DNA of 64,000 nucleotides from NCBI GenBank assembly GCA_973895155.1, contig OZ316894.1:22167867-22231866 (forward strand). Reading direction: 5' to 3'. The notes beneath the pieces are model-generated. The model did no database searches and had not been told where the DNA came from. It saw nothing but the letters and a program-made list of their open reading frames with translations. The stretch is from Marsupella aquatica (Eukaryota; Plantae; Marchantiophyta). This document shows, in pieces, positions 1 through 13,067 of this stretch. Each line of letters opens with the position of its first letter. Within the stretch, counting starts at the first letter, position 1. Made by a program: the position numbers and the translations under genes.

Positions 1-3000
1 GCTGAAGTGGACAAAGCCGCCGCGAAAGACCGCAGGCGTGTCGTCGAGTGTGCAGCAGAGATCGAGAGAGCTCGAGCTCGATGTCATGCTTCTCGAATAA
101 AGTCCAAATCGATCGAGGACAAGCGGAATTCTTCAGAAGGTTCAAGTCTTTCTTTATCTTCGATCTGGCTACGTTTTGGATTTTCTCCTATCAAGTCTTT
201 GAGTGGTGTCCCTGCACATCTGGCTGTAAAGCGAGTTATTTTAAATGAGGGAGCCCACTATATTGCAAAATTGCGCGATCCACTTTTGATACATATTGTC
301 GGGGATGCAGTCCCACATAATTCGATTGATTTTTCAAGATCGACAAATGTCAAACCATGTAAACCAATTGTGTATACGTCGACATCATGATAATGTTAAT
401 GTGACGTTCTTTGGGGTTGGAGCAGCAATTGAAGTTAGTGTCCATTGTTTGCAGAAGATCCTCAGAAATATCTGCATCCTAACTTCAACAGTCATGACAT
501 TAAGCGAAATTTCATCCAGTCGAGGCTGGCGGGCACTCCGAATGACTACAAAGACACATACTTCCACTCGCGGTTCTGCGTCTTTAAAGATAAGACCAAC
601 CTCAATGATACTGAAGGAGCTCCTGAAGAGCAACAAGATCACGAGAAAGATGCATGGGAGGCTGCAGAAGCTCACTTGAAGAGTGTTGAATTAGAGCAAC
701 AACAGAGGGCTGACGTAGAGGAACTCTGGAACAAACGTAAGGTGGAAAGAGGACAGGTGGCAGTGGCTCACCTTCAGGTATGGATGACATCTTGTGTTCA
801 GGATATCGATTCATATGGAGTGAACTCTCTAATGCACAGGATTTCTGCCGATCGTAGCTTTTGCAATCCGGTGCCCATTATGAAGATAATTTATCCTATG
901 GTTGAATCCCTTCTCACAATGACCCATATATCCCCGGCAGACCAATGAATCTCTCTAAGGCGATATCATATCATAAAGAGAAGCGCAATCCTCAGACTTA
1001 ATTTTTAAGAAGTTGTGGCCGGCTGATGGACGTTTGAGGACCAGTTATGTCAGAATTATTTTCCTTCCGCATGCTGGTTACGACAAGGAGCACCAAGGGT
1101 TCCTGACAGGGGTTCTGTGAGCTCAAGTTGCTAAGGGCCTGGTTGCAGAAAATAGCCTCGCTCGAGGAAGAGCTAGCCATGGAGATGGCACAGGAGCAAG
1201 AGAGGAAGCGCCACTTGCAACTTATAGAAGAGCTGAGCAAGACAGCGCATTCTTCAGCATACAAATCGGATCAGAGACGGGCTTTGCTCTCCAAGCCATG
1301 TGATAATAAAGGTTGTTATCGGCGAACATTGTTTACCCTCGTTGTTCACATATCTCCAGTTCCTGTGCTAGAGAGTAATGCGATGGGATATTAAGGTCGT
1401 CTACGAAATCAATTCTTATGTTGTTGCGTCGTCTAGTTTGCACTCTCATACAGTTCATAATTTCTGCAATTGAATTTCCCTTCACCTCTTTCCCTGTGTT
1501 CCCGAGATAATTCCTTTGATCTTGGGATTCGGTACATATAAACTCCTGTTCTCCCCTCCCATTGTCCAATTAATTTACAGAAAAGGACGTAGAAAAAGTG
1601 GGAAGACACTGTTTCTCGCTTGTGGTACTCTACGGCCACCGAGATGGTTCTAGAAACCTGACAACCGATAGGTCGTTCACTGGGGCCACAACTCTAGTCT
1701 ACCAACAACACCACCATTCATCTGCTGGCATTAGAGTCAGAGAAGCGATCAATATCGAACTGGTGTCCTTTCTTATGGCCTGTTTTTTGGGGCTACCTTG
1801 GAAGTAACTAAGGTATTGAAACCACCCTTGGTTCTTCAGAACCCTTGCCATTCCCTAGCCTGAAACCCGTAAACACTAGCTTGAAGATAAGAAACGTACT
1901 CACTCTTCCCTGGGCGTTTTGAAAATGCCCCTGCAGGTGTGATGCAGAACATGAACCTCATCCCCACAAATTGTAGCACACCACCAAGACCAAAGCCGAA
2001 AAGGTGGACCAAAAGGGATAGGGCAAGGTGGACCAAATGTTTAAATTTAGTTTGTCCAGAATCTTGCCAACTGTGTGGGGAGAGGTTTTGACACACTCCG
2101 GTGGTATGTTCCTCAACCAACTCTTTGTACTCCCGATAGGTACATGAAGCAGACCCTTGCCTCATCCTCATCTCCCCTGGTTTTAATCTGACTACCAGGA
2201 TACCTCTGATTTCATATTTTGTTCGAGAAGTTTTCATAGCCGTTTCCTACACACGTTGGCTACTTCTATGGTATGGTGGTCTGAATGCTATGGTAACCCT
2301 CTATTGATATAAAAGTGTGATGTTTTCTTGCAGTTCTGGAAGAGCAGGGTAGTCCTACAACTAAAGAGCCCAGTGATTCCAACGCAGCAGATTGCTCTGG
2401 AACTTTGGCTGTAGATGCAGCACAGCCAGCCGAATCGGAATCGGAATCAATACAACCGGCCCAACAAATTTCGAAAGGAGCAGGGGCATTGGACAACAGA
2501 GTCGAGCAACAGTCAGTGCCTGGCCAGCACGTAGAAGTCTTTCCCAGACACAGCACTCCGGACATCGAAAACAGTGTTGGGAAGGATGATGACTTTGTTG
2601 ACGAGAACGACACCGAAATTGTTGATGTGAGGATAGCTGTACCCGAAGCATCTGGGAAGCCTTCAACCCCACTAAAGATCGTCAATACTGGTTCAGAGAT
2701 GAACATCGGCCCTCCTTCAACAAAAAACAAGAATGATGCCCAACTCTCTGGAAAAACTGTGGTTGATGAAGGCAGAACTGTAGCTAATCAGGAAGCAATG
2801 GGAGTTCCCGAGAGTTTAGACCGCAACATTCCTGGTCGCCCCTCAAAGGCGCAAAATGCAAGAGTACCTACTAGAGCACAGAAGAGTGCCGTGTCAACAC
2901 CAAAAGTCTCATCCCTCTCCAATTTAAGTGCAAATAACAATATCAGAAAAGGTAATAAAAGCCCTCAAAGGCTTAATAGTCCAGGCAGGGTAGCTCCAAA

Positions 3001-6000
3001 TGGCCTTGAAAACCAGGGATCAGTCGATCAGGTGAAAGAGGTGGGGAGTAGGCCCAGGTGCAGGCAAGCAGTGCAAAGCACAAAAGCTCCAGAGAAGAAG
3101 TCTGCAGTGCCAGCTGTGGCTCGGAAAACCGAAGTCTGTCCCTCCGAAGGTAAGAAGATGACGCCAAGGAGGCACAGCGGTACGTGGCTTACCAATGTAT
3201 TGGAAAAGCTAACGTGGTGGAAATCGCAGAAAGGAAATTTGGTTTCTGCGGTTCCTGCTCAAGATATGGCTGCGCCTGAGAGTGTATCCATTTTAGGTGG
3301 ACAAACTGCAAAGCCTTTCAATAGGGGTGCGCGGAAAGAAAGCACACCAAAGTTCCCGGTGAAGCCAGTTGATTCCCCGGCTAAATCTCGACCACCTTTG
3401 AACAGAAGCAGCTTCCCTGTCCGATCGAAAAGCTTGGAAATTACAAGTGGTGTTGCAAAGAGTGCATCGCAGATTGATGATGAACCTGGATGGTATGAAG
3501 CTTACACAAAGGATGTTTTTAGTGCAGAAGAGTTAGAAGAATTACAGCTTGAATTGTATGGTACATGGACAGATGGCAATGCTTCCATTCAGAGCAAGGC
3601 AAAACCTAAGAGAGACAAGTTTAAAGTAGGACAACAGGACAAAGATGCTGCTGCACAGTTGGGCGGTGAAAAGTTCGACATAGAACACGTAACCGCGGCG
3701 AAAAACATTTCTGAGGTTCTTGAGAAAACACAGGTAGGAGACAATTCTCTGAGCAATGCGCTCTGCAGTCTCTCCTGGGAATTACGAGCTGCCAGAGATG
3801 CCGAAAGTCAGCTCACTCCATCACCTGCTTTGCTAGAAGGATCGCAGGGACCGAATTTTCAATTTGAGGTTGAGATGGGAGGTTTCAATCCTGACAGGGT
3901 CACGAAGAAATTTGAATGTGAAGGATCGGGAGAACCCATATCTGCTCGTGCTGTGGCCGACAAGCTCATTCAAGCATGGCAGACAGGGCAACTTGGCGTA
4001 GGGGCATCGAGTCCTATAAGGGACCCCACGAAACAAGCAAATTTCCAAAGGTCACGAAAGAGAAGAACACATGCAAATGAGTTGAACACAGGCTGCAGCG
4101 TTCCAGAGATACAATGTAAATCGGGCCGGAGGAAGAACATCACCAGAGAGCAACAGAATTCTACCACCAAGGATGGACAGTGGGAGATTCCAGTTGTTTG
4201 GTCTCAAAAATTTGAGCCCCCAGAAAAGCAAGTTGGTAATCCAAATATTGTCACTCAAGGTCAGCACAAGACCAGAAATACTAAACCAACCCCCAACGGT
4301 CCATCGAACTTTACAGTGCAGCATTCCCCCTCTGAATTGAACACCGAAGCATCGCAGAACAAGGGAGTAGAGGACATTGTACCAGAGGCAAGATCTTTAG
4401 ATTTTATCCTTGGTTCACTCTCGGCCCAAGTAAAAGAGCTGGATGAAAGACTGCGTCATGTTACCTCATGCGCTATTTCCTCTTCATTCCCTGCCGAATG
4501 CCGCCGGGATGGAGAGCAAAAGCTTAATCAAAACTTTCAGGACGTGATGCCAGCAGGAAAGACTAGTCAGATGCCGGACCATGGCAATCTGGGTGTGAAG
4601 GGTGCTGGTTGTGCTGGAGAGAATCAGGATTGCAAAACCACGAGCTGTTGTGCTCTAGAGCTAGAGAAATTTAGTCCCAAAGCAGCATCAATGAAATCGC
4701 CAAGGATAGGCGGGAAGATGGTGTTCAGAGGCGATAAAACCCAAGCTCTCTCAAAGGGGACAGATGATTCCTCCTGCAATTTAAGGCCTCAGCAAGGATC
4801 CACTTGCTTGAGTGGTTTCCGACAAAAGTCCATTCAGGATGGGCAATCTCCACTGTCATCTATGGCATCTTGCCTAGAAAACATTTCTGATCTAATGAAA
4901 GAAATGAGTAGATCACCTGGTTGTGCCAAGATTGCACCGCAACTCTTTCAAAGGTCTTCAATGGAAAGCACTCCAAGGCTTCCCGAAGTTTGCCCCAAGA
5001 ATGGAAGAAATGAGTTCGACTTATCTGAGTATAATTACAGTGCTGGTGCCAAAGGATCAGAACAGGATTTGTTGTCGCACGGTACAGCCAAAAATTGCAA
5101 CGATACATTTGATGTTCCATCAAGAATCTCTTTAAAATCATCTGCTGAATTGTGCTCAGGTGCGACGGCCGAAACACTTGTCCTTTCCCAGAAAGTTCGC
5201 TTGTTTGTGGGTGGGAAGTTAAAAATCAAATATGCAAACAGATGCATAAAATTGCACTATGTCAACAGACAGAGGAAAGCATGAGGCTCATTTGTTGCTT
5301 AAGGAAAACTTCCCATAATTGATTGCGCTCCAGTCGTTCACACGAATGATGTTCAATTGAAAAACCAATTTTCTGAAGGTGGTATACAGTAGGTGCAACA
5401 AACACTGGGTACCCGTAAGTTTGCAACAATCTCCGTCCTTCGAGGTTAGGCTCATGAAATTAGGTTGTCCGCATATTTGATGCTAGATCAAAATAGATTT
5501 TGTTCCATAAACAACCAGCAACAATGGTGAGTTGTACACTAGCTGACGTGTGTGGCACAAGTGCTTTTGCAAAGATACGAATCGAAGCAATTCACGAAGC
5601 TGATTGTTTGTTTGCCCAGGATTTGTTCAAAGACAAGGTGAAAGGAACTCCCAGTGCCCGCAACTATTCCAGCGTGGATCTCTGTCCTCCATAAATTTGG
5701 AAGCAGCGATGAGCCTTGACGAAATTGAAGAGCAACTACTATTATCAGGTTCTGTGGATTTTTCTCCATGGAATACAGAAAAACTCCCAGATGTGTTCTC
5801 GTCAATTGCAAATGTGGCACAGAGCTGTGAGGAACATGAGAATCCCCAGTGGGATGGGGCAGACGTTGACTGTGAAGGAACACTCAGGCCAGTCTACTGC
5901 CACGTCAAGAAGGAGTCTGAGTGGCTTATGAGGGGCAACAAATTGAAGGGAAAAAGCAGAGCGTATGAGAAGAGAAGAGCAGGTAAAGCAAAGGGTAAGC

Positions 6001-6512
6001 AAAAGAAGTCACCAAAAAGGTCGTTTAATCCACTTGCTCTACCTCCCAAACATTCAACCCCACAAAGACATTCCAGTCCGAAACGTCCCTCGACCGTCGG
6101 CGTCTTGCCTAAAGTAAGTACAACCCGCATTCAGCCAACGGTACCTCTTCCAGGAGCCCTTAAGTTTCAGAAGAAAGAGTTGAAGCTGCCAAATGATGGA
6201 TCATCAAAATTGAATTTGACTACCAGAAGTTTGCCCACCCAGTTCCCTGGGTCAGTTACTGCTGAAGAAGTTCAAAAGTGGCTGTCCAGAGACGTTGCTG
6301 CCTGTATAGCAACATCACCTATTGGAACTCCTCCAAGAGAGAGTGTTCTATCTGGAAGGCATCACTTCGCCGGTTGCAAGAGACCCGAGAACTCGGAGTC
6401 AGTGGCAGGCCAGCAAGCCAAGCTGATGGCACAATCACCTCTAAAGATTCCAGATTTGGGGCTAAGAGATTCCGCTTGCAGGAAGAAACCTGGACAACCA
6501 ATTTTGGTATGA
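1..6512 (+). CDS. Large multi-exon gene of unknown function, 5'-truncated by the window edge. N-terminal part is coiled-coil-like, followed by a long S/P/K/Q-rich, probably disordered region
   Basis: Exons <1-139, 455-777, 1110-1311 and 2334-~5194 join through GT..AG introns with matching phases (1,0,1) into one reading frame that includes the 959-aa ORF. A further exon ~5620-6512 (302-aa ORF) probably belongs to it, but that last junction could not be phased unambiguously. No domain recognised. Confidence 0.7.
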
Positions 6513-8209
6513 ACCCTCAACCCCACATATTGTCGATTTCACTCGCAGTGTGAGGCAAGCTTATTTAGCACAACAAAGGGCTCATTCCTTGCCCACCACA
6601 AGGGTTCCACCAAAAGTCAAGCACCCTTCCTTATTGAACATCGTGCGAATGAACGTAGCCGGTCCCCAGACTTATCCAAAAGCATAGCTATCTAGATTCA
6701 TTTGTAGTCAGTAAATAGGATCCAAGATCACAAGTACTTCAGAGCCTGCTTTGCCAGCGAGGATCGCCTGTCTGCTCCAGGAAAGTTGGCTTCTATCCTT
6801 TCCAACGTTAGAGTATCGCAGTACTGGTATGTCATCCCATGGCGGCAGTTGATCGAGTGACATGGTCATATTGAGCGATGCGATCCCTGAGGGCACCCAA
6901 ACAATATATTATGATTGAGCGATGCAACTCAAAAGTGTTGATATGGCTATGGGAGAAAGATGCACAACCTCATCAACTTTAACGTGGGAAGCAAAATTCG
7001 CAGAGCTTGAAATTAAACGAAAGGGCTAACCGCCTATGCATAATTCGCGAATAACAAGTTCTCTTGATCTATTCCAGGAGTCGAGACGAAGGCCGACTTC
7101 TGCGGGTACTGTTTTGAAACGTTGATGATGGTAGTCCTATACTTCATCGGGATTGTACGATACTCTGCTTTGTTATCATGAACCGCATGTTGAGTTTGCC
7201 AAATGCCAATCACACCCAGTGGGCCTTAGATTTGCTCAGTCGTAGTCGTAACTCTGTTCGCTCAATGAATAGTGCTGTACTATTTTGACTTATCAGATAG
7301 CATGAGAATGTTTTAGATCTCAGAAAAGCATGTCCAGAACCGAAATTCGAGTGGCCAAAATGAGAGGTAGGGGAGAACCATAGAAACACGCGGTACACAG
7401 TATAATGAAAATGTAGAATGCTTTCCTGATTTGCTTGTCTGGACAAAGAAATCAGCTCTTAGATTTCTCTTCCATTTGCACTGGTCCCTTGTGAAAACTA
7501 GGTACTCTGTAACATTTAGCACAAGACATTCAGAGGACCAGAGCTTGGACCCAAACCAACTGGAAGCGGAGTGACTTACGTCTTCAAGGCGTGGTACATG
7601 GAGGATAGAAAGTTGTGTTTGGAAATGCTTCCATCCCTCTCAGTATGCCATACTGTTTTAGTTGTGTGGTTGTTTCAAAATGTTGTCGTCTAAGTGGCAA
7701 TGCCCATCTAGGTGAGGCAAAGAAGTGTTCTCCTTCCAGTCATGTTGTGGTTACAGAAAATCATCATTTTGGTTTGGGTGGTTGTTGCTGTAGAAAATGT
7801 ACTCATTTTGGTCAATGTTGTTTTTACATAAGTGTTGGTAGAGGGCGTGGGGGGACCACAAGAAAGACAGCAGCAATCAGGGTGTCACAAGGTCTAGACA
7901 GGATCAGACAACAAATTTTTCTCATTCTACATTTTTTTCCTCCTTCCCTCCTCTTCCTCTCACCTCTCTACTCCCCCTTCCCGCGAGGGGAGGGAGGGGG
8001 TCAGGGCACAACCGAAGGCAGCTCATGCACACCTAGGCAGCCAGCTTGATGGCAACAGGCAGGGCGGAAGTGATCAAGCAGGTTTTAGGATAGGTGTGAG
8101 GGGCAATCCAAAAGTGAGACAAATGGGCCCATCATCCAACAGAATTATGGGTGGGATGCATATTGTACTTGTTGATATGTTCAATTTCACTCCGTACTCT
8201 ATTAGGCCA

Positions 8210-8790
8210 GGATCCAAATCTATATGAATATAGCTGCAATCAACAGCTACTCTCTGGGCATCCAAATCTATATGCATATAGATGCAATCAAAAGCTACTC
8301 TCTGGGCAGGTACTCTCTGGGCTAGTGTCTAGGTGGTCTCTAGACCCTGACTCTAACTAAAAGCATACCTGAAAGTGAGGGTGAAGACAAAACATGATGG
8401 GGCAAAGAAATATAGGGACTGGGCAAAGACGAATGGGACATAAGGCGGCATCCTTTGTTCTGCAAGCTTTCTTCTGGTCCTCATCTCTCTTTACATTCAA
8501 GGAACAGGTAGTCAGTCTAGTACGTATATAATGGCATATCCAAAGCTATTGCCTGGGCCTACTGTCCAGACTGACTCTAAGGAGTGCAAACAACTGACAC
8601 TGAAACTGATGGTGCAGGAAGGGATGGGGCAGGGATGAATGTAAAAGAGTAAGGAATCTTTTTTTAGCAGTCCTCTCTATTTACTTTTAAGGAAAAGCCA
8701 ATCAGGCTATTACGTATATAATCACATTCAAAGGCTAATCTCTGGGCCACTGTCTAACTCTACCTAAGGGCATCACTAGCATCCAGTATA
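8210..8790. repeat. Short tandem duplication plus degenerate ~190-bp repeats
   Basis: atccaaatctatatg(a/c)atatag..gctactctctgggc occurs twice (~8212, ~8260); a tacgtatataat...ctgggc..ctgtc motif recurs at ~8521 and ~8711. Confidence 0.55.
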
Positions 8791-9698
8791 ACCAAGTGTG
8801 AAAAACACATTGGTCAAAAACTGGCCAGCAAGCCACCGATTAAATCCCCAAGCCAAACGACTGATGCAACTGTACATCATTCTCAACAGCCTCCGATGGA
8901 AAACGTACATCGTGCTCAAAAAATTCTGCACTCTTTCTCTTTTACCTTTCGTCCAGCATCTATCCATGAAGATTTAAATACATCCAATTCATCTGCAAAC
9001 AGCCACTTGTATCTGCCATAGCTAAAAGTCATGCACCCCAAACGCTCAACGAAACATTGGGGATGGACATTCTCGGCGTAGTGGCAGTCAAGCAAATGAT
9101 GGCATTCTGATATCGTATCAGACTCGTAACGACACCTGAGAAGTAGAAGCAGACTAGAACATCAGGGTACACAAGTCTCTAGGCATATAGGTTTTAGAAA
9201 ATGGCCTCCAGAGGTATGTGGAACGCTATAAAAGAATCGTGTAGTGAGTTGCTTCCTGTGAAACTGACGAGACCGAAGAAACAGGCAGATACATGGCCTG
9301 TAGATTTCAAAGCAATTGAAGAAGTTTATGGTCAAACTCAATGCAATGTTGACGACATTAAATGATCACCGAAACAGAGGAGGGAAATAAAAGCCTCAAA
9401 ACCCGGCCCAACCCATGGGAATTTGTCATTAATTCCAAGTGACGGAAACAAAGAATGTATCTACAAGAAAAGTCTAAAACAGGAGCTACATGTGGCCTTC
9501 AGAAACCTGAGTCCAGGATTGGGCTGCAATGAGTATATCTCGAGAGGTACCTCACAGCGATGTTGAACAAAGCTAGGCAGAACCAAACTCTGACGACTCT
9601 ATTTACTTTACAAGGATACCTCTCGGCAATGGTAAGAGAAGTCAAAGCGAGTCAAGGAGAGTAATACACCAACTGTTCCCAAGTACCAAACTTAATGG

Positions 9699-11081
9699 TC
9701 AAGGCAGCAGGTGTAACCGCTTGAAGAACCAAAGAAACGCACAGAATATGAGGAGTCCCGACGCCCCAGCAATCATGAGAACCCATTTAAAAGCAGCGGG
9801 TTCATCAAACAACCCAATCGGGATGTTCATGCCGAAAACCCCTGCAATAGTTCCCCAAATTGCCACGACAAATGTAGCTGTCGTGAGAAGCAGCTCAAAT
9901 TGGATGAGCTGATTTCGCACGTTATCCAGCTGGATATTAATGAAATCCTCAGTATCATCAATGTATTCTTTCAGGGATGTCAGCTTGTTGAGTGTGCCAT
10001 CGATTACGACAAAATAAGCTTCGAGCAGCATCTCCAACTCCTCCACATCTTCCTCACTTCTCGAGCCCTTCGACGCGGAGTCTGGAAAGCTTTTTGCAAT
10101 GCTCAAACTCTTTTCCAAAACATGGTCCCCACTGGGAGAACCCACAGGCGAAACAGGAGCTGACATTGATGATCCCATAGGAGCTCCAGATCTAGTTCTA
10201 GCAAGGGAATTGCTCCTCTCGAAATTGCTCTCTGAGAACTGGAAATAGGGAGCCTGACGTTCCGTCTTATGGGTCAAGTACATTTCAGCCATATCCCCAT
10301 CATCATCCATCAGCTGCTCAATCTCGTCTCTAACCTTCTGCACTCGTCGAGTCAAAGCTACCAGCCTGCTTTTGAGCCGTCGTACACGCTCCAAGTTCAG
10401 TGTACTCACTTTGGAGGTGAGCTCATCCAGCACAGGGTATGCCTCCTGCTCTAACTGCATGGCCTGTGAATCCAAAAATGTGCACCCGGCCTCCAGTGCA
10501 ACCTCCAAGGCCCTAAACTCGAAAGGGAGATAATCCACCGAGGACCCACTAAACATATCGCTATCACTGGCCGTAGCTTGCCGATCGTCTGCTGATGTGC
10601 TCCAAAAAATCTGATCTTTACGACTACTGAATGCCGACCGCCAGTTGAATCCGGACGAATCCGAATGACTTCTTTGAGTGGCTAGCCGCCTGCGCAGCTC
10701 AGCTACATACTGTAGCACATAGTTGTCCAAGGAGTTCAGGAGCAGGACCTCATCTGCGGTGATTATGCAGCGTATGTGCTCCAAATTGAGAACCAGAGCT
10801 TTCTCCCGCCCAAGAATTGTTGCAGGGTAGACGAAATGAGGATCCAAGAGACGCAAGTCTCGAGCCGGCAGATTGCAGCGACGCATGATGGTAGCCTTGT
10901 CCACTTCTAAAATTTGGGAATTGCCGTCCGGATCCACTCTTATCCAGGACCGTACCCCCTTTCCCCGTTTCTTCAGCTGTAACAAGTCCACTGCCGATTT
11001 TGATTCCTTGCCTTGCCCCAGGGGACGAGGAGGTAGCAGTGGCGAGGATTTGATTAGAAGAGGAGTCTTGATATCCTTCAT
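9699..11081 (-). CDS. MRS2: MRS2/MGT (CorA family) magnesium transporter, MRS2-1-like, intronless CDS, 460 aa
   Basis: Motifs LPARDLRLLDP, LPFEFRALEVALE, EELEMLLEAYF and IDDTEDFINIQLDNVRNQL; GMN signature (GVFGMNIP) between two C-terminal hydrophobic helices. Confidence 0.96.
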   Translation of the reverse strand: MKDIKTPLLIKSSPLLPPRPLGQGKESKSAVDLLQLKKRGKGVRSWIRVDPDGNSQILEVDKATIMRRCNLPARDLRLLDPHFVYPATILGREKALVLNLEHIRCIITADEVLLLNSLDNYVLQYVAELRRRLATQRSHSDSSGFNWRSAFSSRKDQIFWSTSADDRQATASDSDMFSGSSVDYLPFEFRALEVALEAGCTFLDSQAMQLEQEAYPVLDELTSKVSTLNLERVRRLKSRLVALTRRVQKVRDEIEQLMDDDGDMAEMYLTHKTERQAPYFQFSESNFERSNSLARTRSGAPMGSSMSAPVSPVGSPSGDHVLEKSLSIAKSFPDSASKGSRSEEDVEELEMLLEAYFVVIDGTLNKLTSLKEYIDDTEDFINIQLDNVRNQLIQFELLLTTATFVVAIWGTIAGVFGMNIPIGLFDEPAAFKWVLMIAGASGLLIFCAFLWFFKRLHLLP

Positions 11082-13067
11082 CGTGATTAATCAACAGGAC
11101 TACCACCCACCGTATACCAGGGAGATGAACAAAGCACTAGCACTCAATAGATCAACGCTTCCGATCAATCCACTGATCAAATGCCCTGCATGCTCTCGGC
11201 CGTCCCTCCGTGAAAACATTCCAACCAACAGAACACTTTTTCAAAACTACTCATCATCTTCCGGAAACGGTGATTCAGTCACCGTTTTCCCTTCTTCTTC
11301 TTCTTCTTACCCTGGATGCTTATTGAGAGCTCACCAAAACATGACCAGATTCATCCAGTGCACGTCATTCCACCATTCCCCTATCTCCGGGGTCAAAACT
11401 CAACATCTTTTCGAAGAAACAGATGGAGCTGGAAGATCTCACGTTAGCTGGACACTCTAGAATCCAATCCTTCCTCTCACAATCGGTTCATTGCTAGTTT
11501 AGGTCTGGCCAACCGAACCCCTTCTAAAGCGTTACTACTCGTTCGCTCCTCGCTGCACAGGTCACACGGTGGTCACCTAATATTGGACACTTCATCTCGG
11601 ATCAAGGCATAATCAAGGCCAACGAAGAAATCCCTCCCTTGTCGGTCTGCTCCTGGGCGTGAACAAAGGCCAAAATTTAGGGCACGGAGGGAGAGGAGGT
11701 AGAGAGAGAAGGACGCACAAAAGGGTGAGAGAAAGAGAGAAGGATAGACAAACGGATGAGAGAAATGTTCGCTCGCAACACCAGAATCACTGATACAAAC
11801 AAAATTCGCAAGAGAAGCAGCGATTCATCTAACGAACCCTAGGGCACGGGCCAGCATGACACCCCTCACAACCGAACCAAGAACGTGCGTCGATCCTGAG
11901 TCGGGCGAGAGAGAGATCGACAGTCTACCAACACACAAAGGCCCACAAACACACACCCACAAACACACCCCCACAGAGAGAGAGAGAGGGGTACACTTTG
12001 CTTTTTGGGATAGAGGCTCTCTTTCAAGCCGACCACCTTCGCACATGCCTAAGTTTTCAGGGCAGAGCTGGCCATTCGACAGCCGGAATCGACGCCCACA
12101 TTGTCTAATGGCGAGCAGAGGACAAGGATGCCCTGACAAGCAAAGCAAAGTGTTGCCAAAACAAAACAAGTCAGGAAGCACCCAACTTTGCAGAGCACAG
12201 CAGAGCAGAGCAGGAAAAGAGGAAAGAAGAGTGGAAAGAAGAGTGGAAAAGAAGGAGAGGGGATCAAAGTCCTAGAGAATATTAATTGTAGCCTTCGTGT
12301 GGACTGTGGAGGCAGCAGGAGGAGACGAGTAGACGACACAGAAGAGGATAGAAAACGCTGGGAGTCTGGGACGAGTGAGTCAACAGCACCGACATCGGTC
12401 TCTGGTAGGTTTCATGATTCCATCACCTTCTTCTGCTCCCGATAAGACAACGGGTCAAGAGGCATGATGAGATGCTGTACAATTGTAGGACTGAACTGAG
12501 AGAATGATGGACGGGAATAAGGGAGAAAAACGAATTCTGTACTACTGATTCTGGACTAGCGTGCGCTCTGATGATTGCCATCGCCGTGTGATAATTTCCA
12601 TCTCGGACGAACGGAGAAAGGAGGAGACTTTTGTGGGCGGATTTCAACAACATGCCGTGAGGAGAGGAGAGACTCACGATTTTGGTGGGTTTCCATTACA
12701 CGTTCAGAAGAGAACAAAGCACATCACATGAAACAGAGTTTTGTTTTTTTTTTTGCCTTGAAAAAGCCAAATGAATTCCATTCAAAAAGCCGCATACAAA
12801 AAGGGGGGGCCACAAAAAGGCATCACCCCAAGGGACCAAAGGTCGACGTGCAACAAAACCGGGAGGGCCGGCACCAAGAAGGAAGCTGGGCCTCAGAAAG
12901 AGGCAACTAAACAAGTAATTTAGAAACTGCAGTCGGAGCAGCACACTCCTAAAGACCGGCCAGTGATCAGGTTCCGGCGGGGTTCCATTCAGTGGGTCCG
13001 TGAGAGAGAAATGACTCAATCAGTCAATCTGCAGTGCAACTTCAAAACCTGAGCAGGGGCGGGGGGA

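Noticed and set aside
10873-11460. 195-aa ORF antisense to MRS2
   Set aside because: Shadow ORF with no recognisable features.
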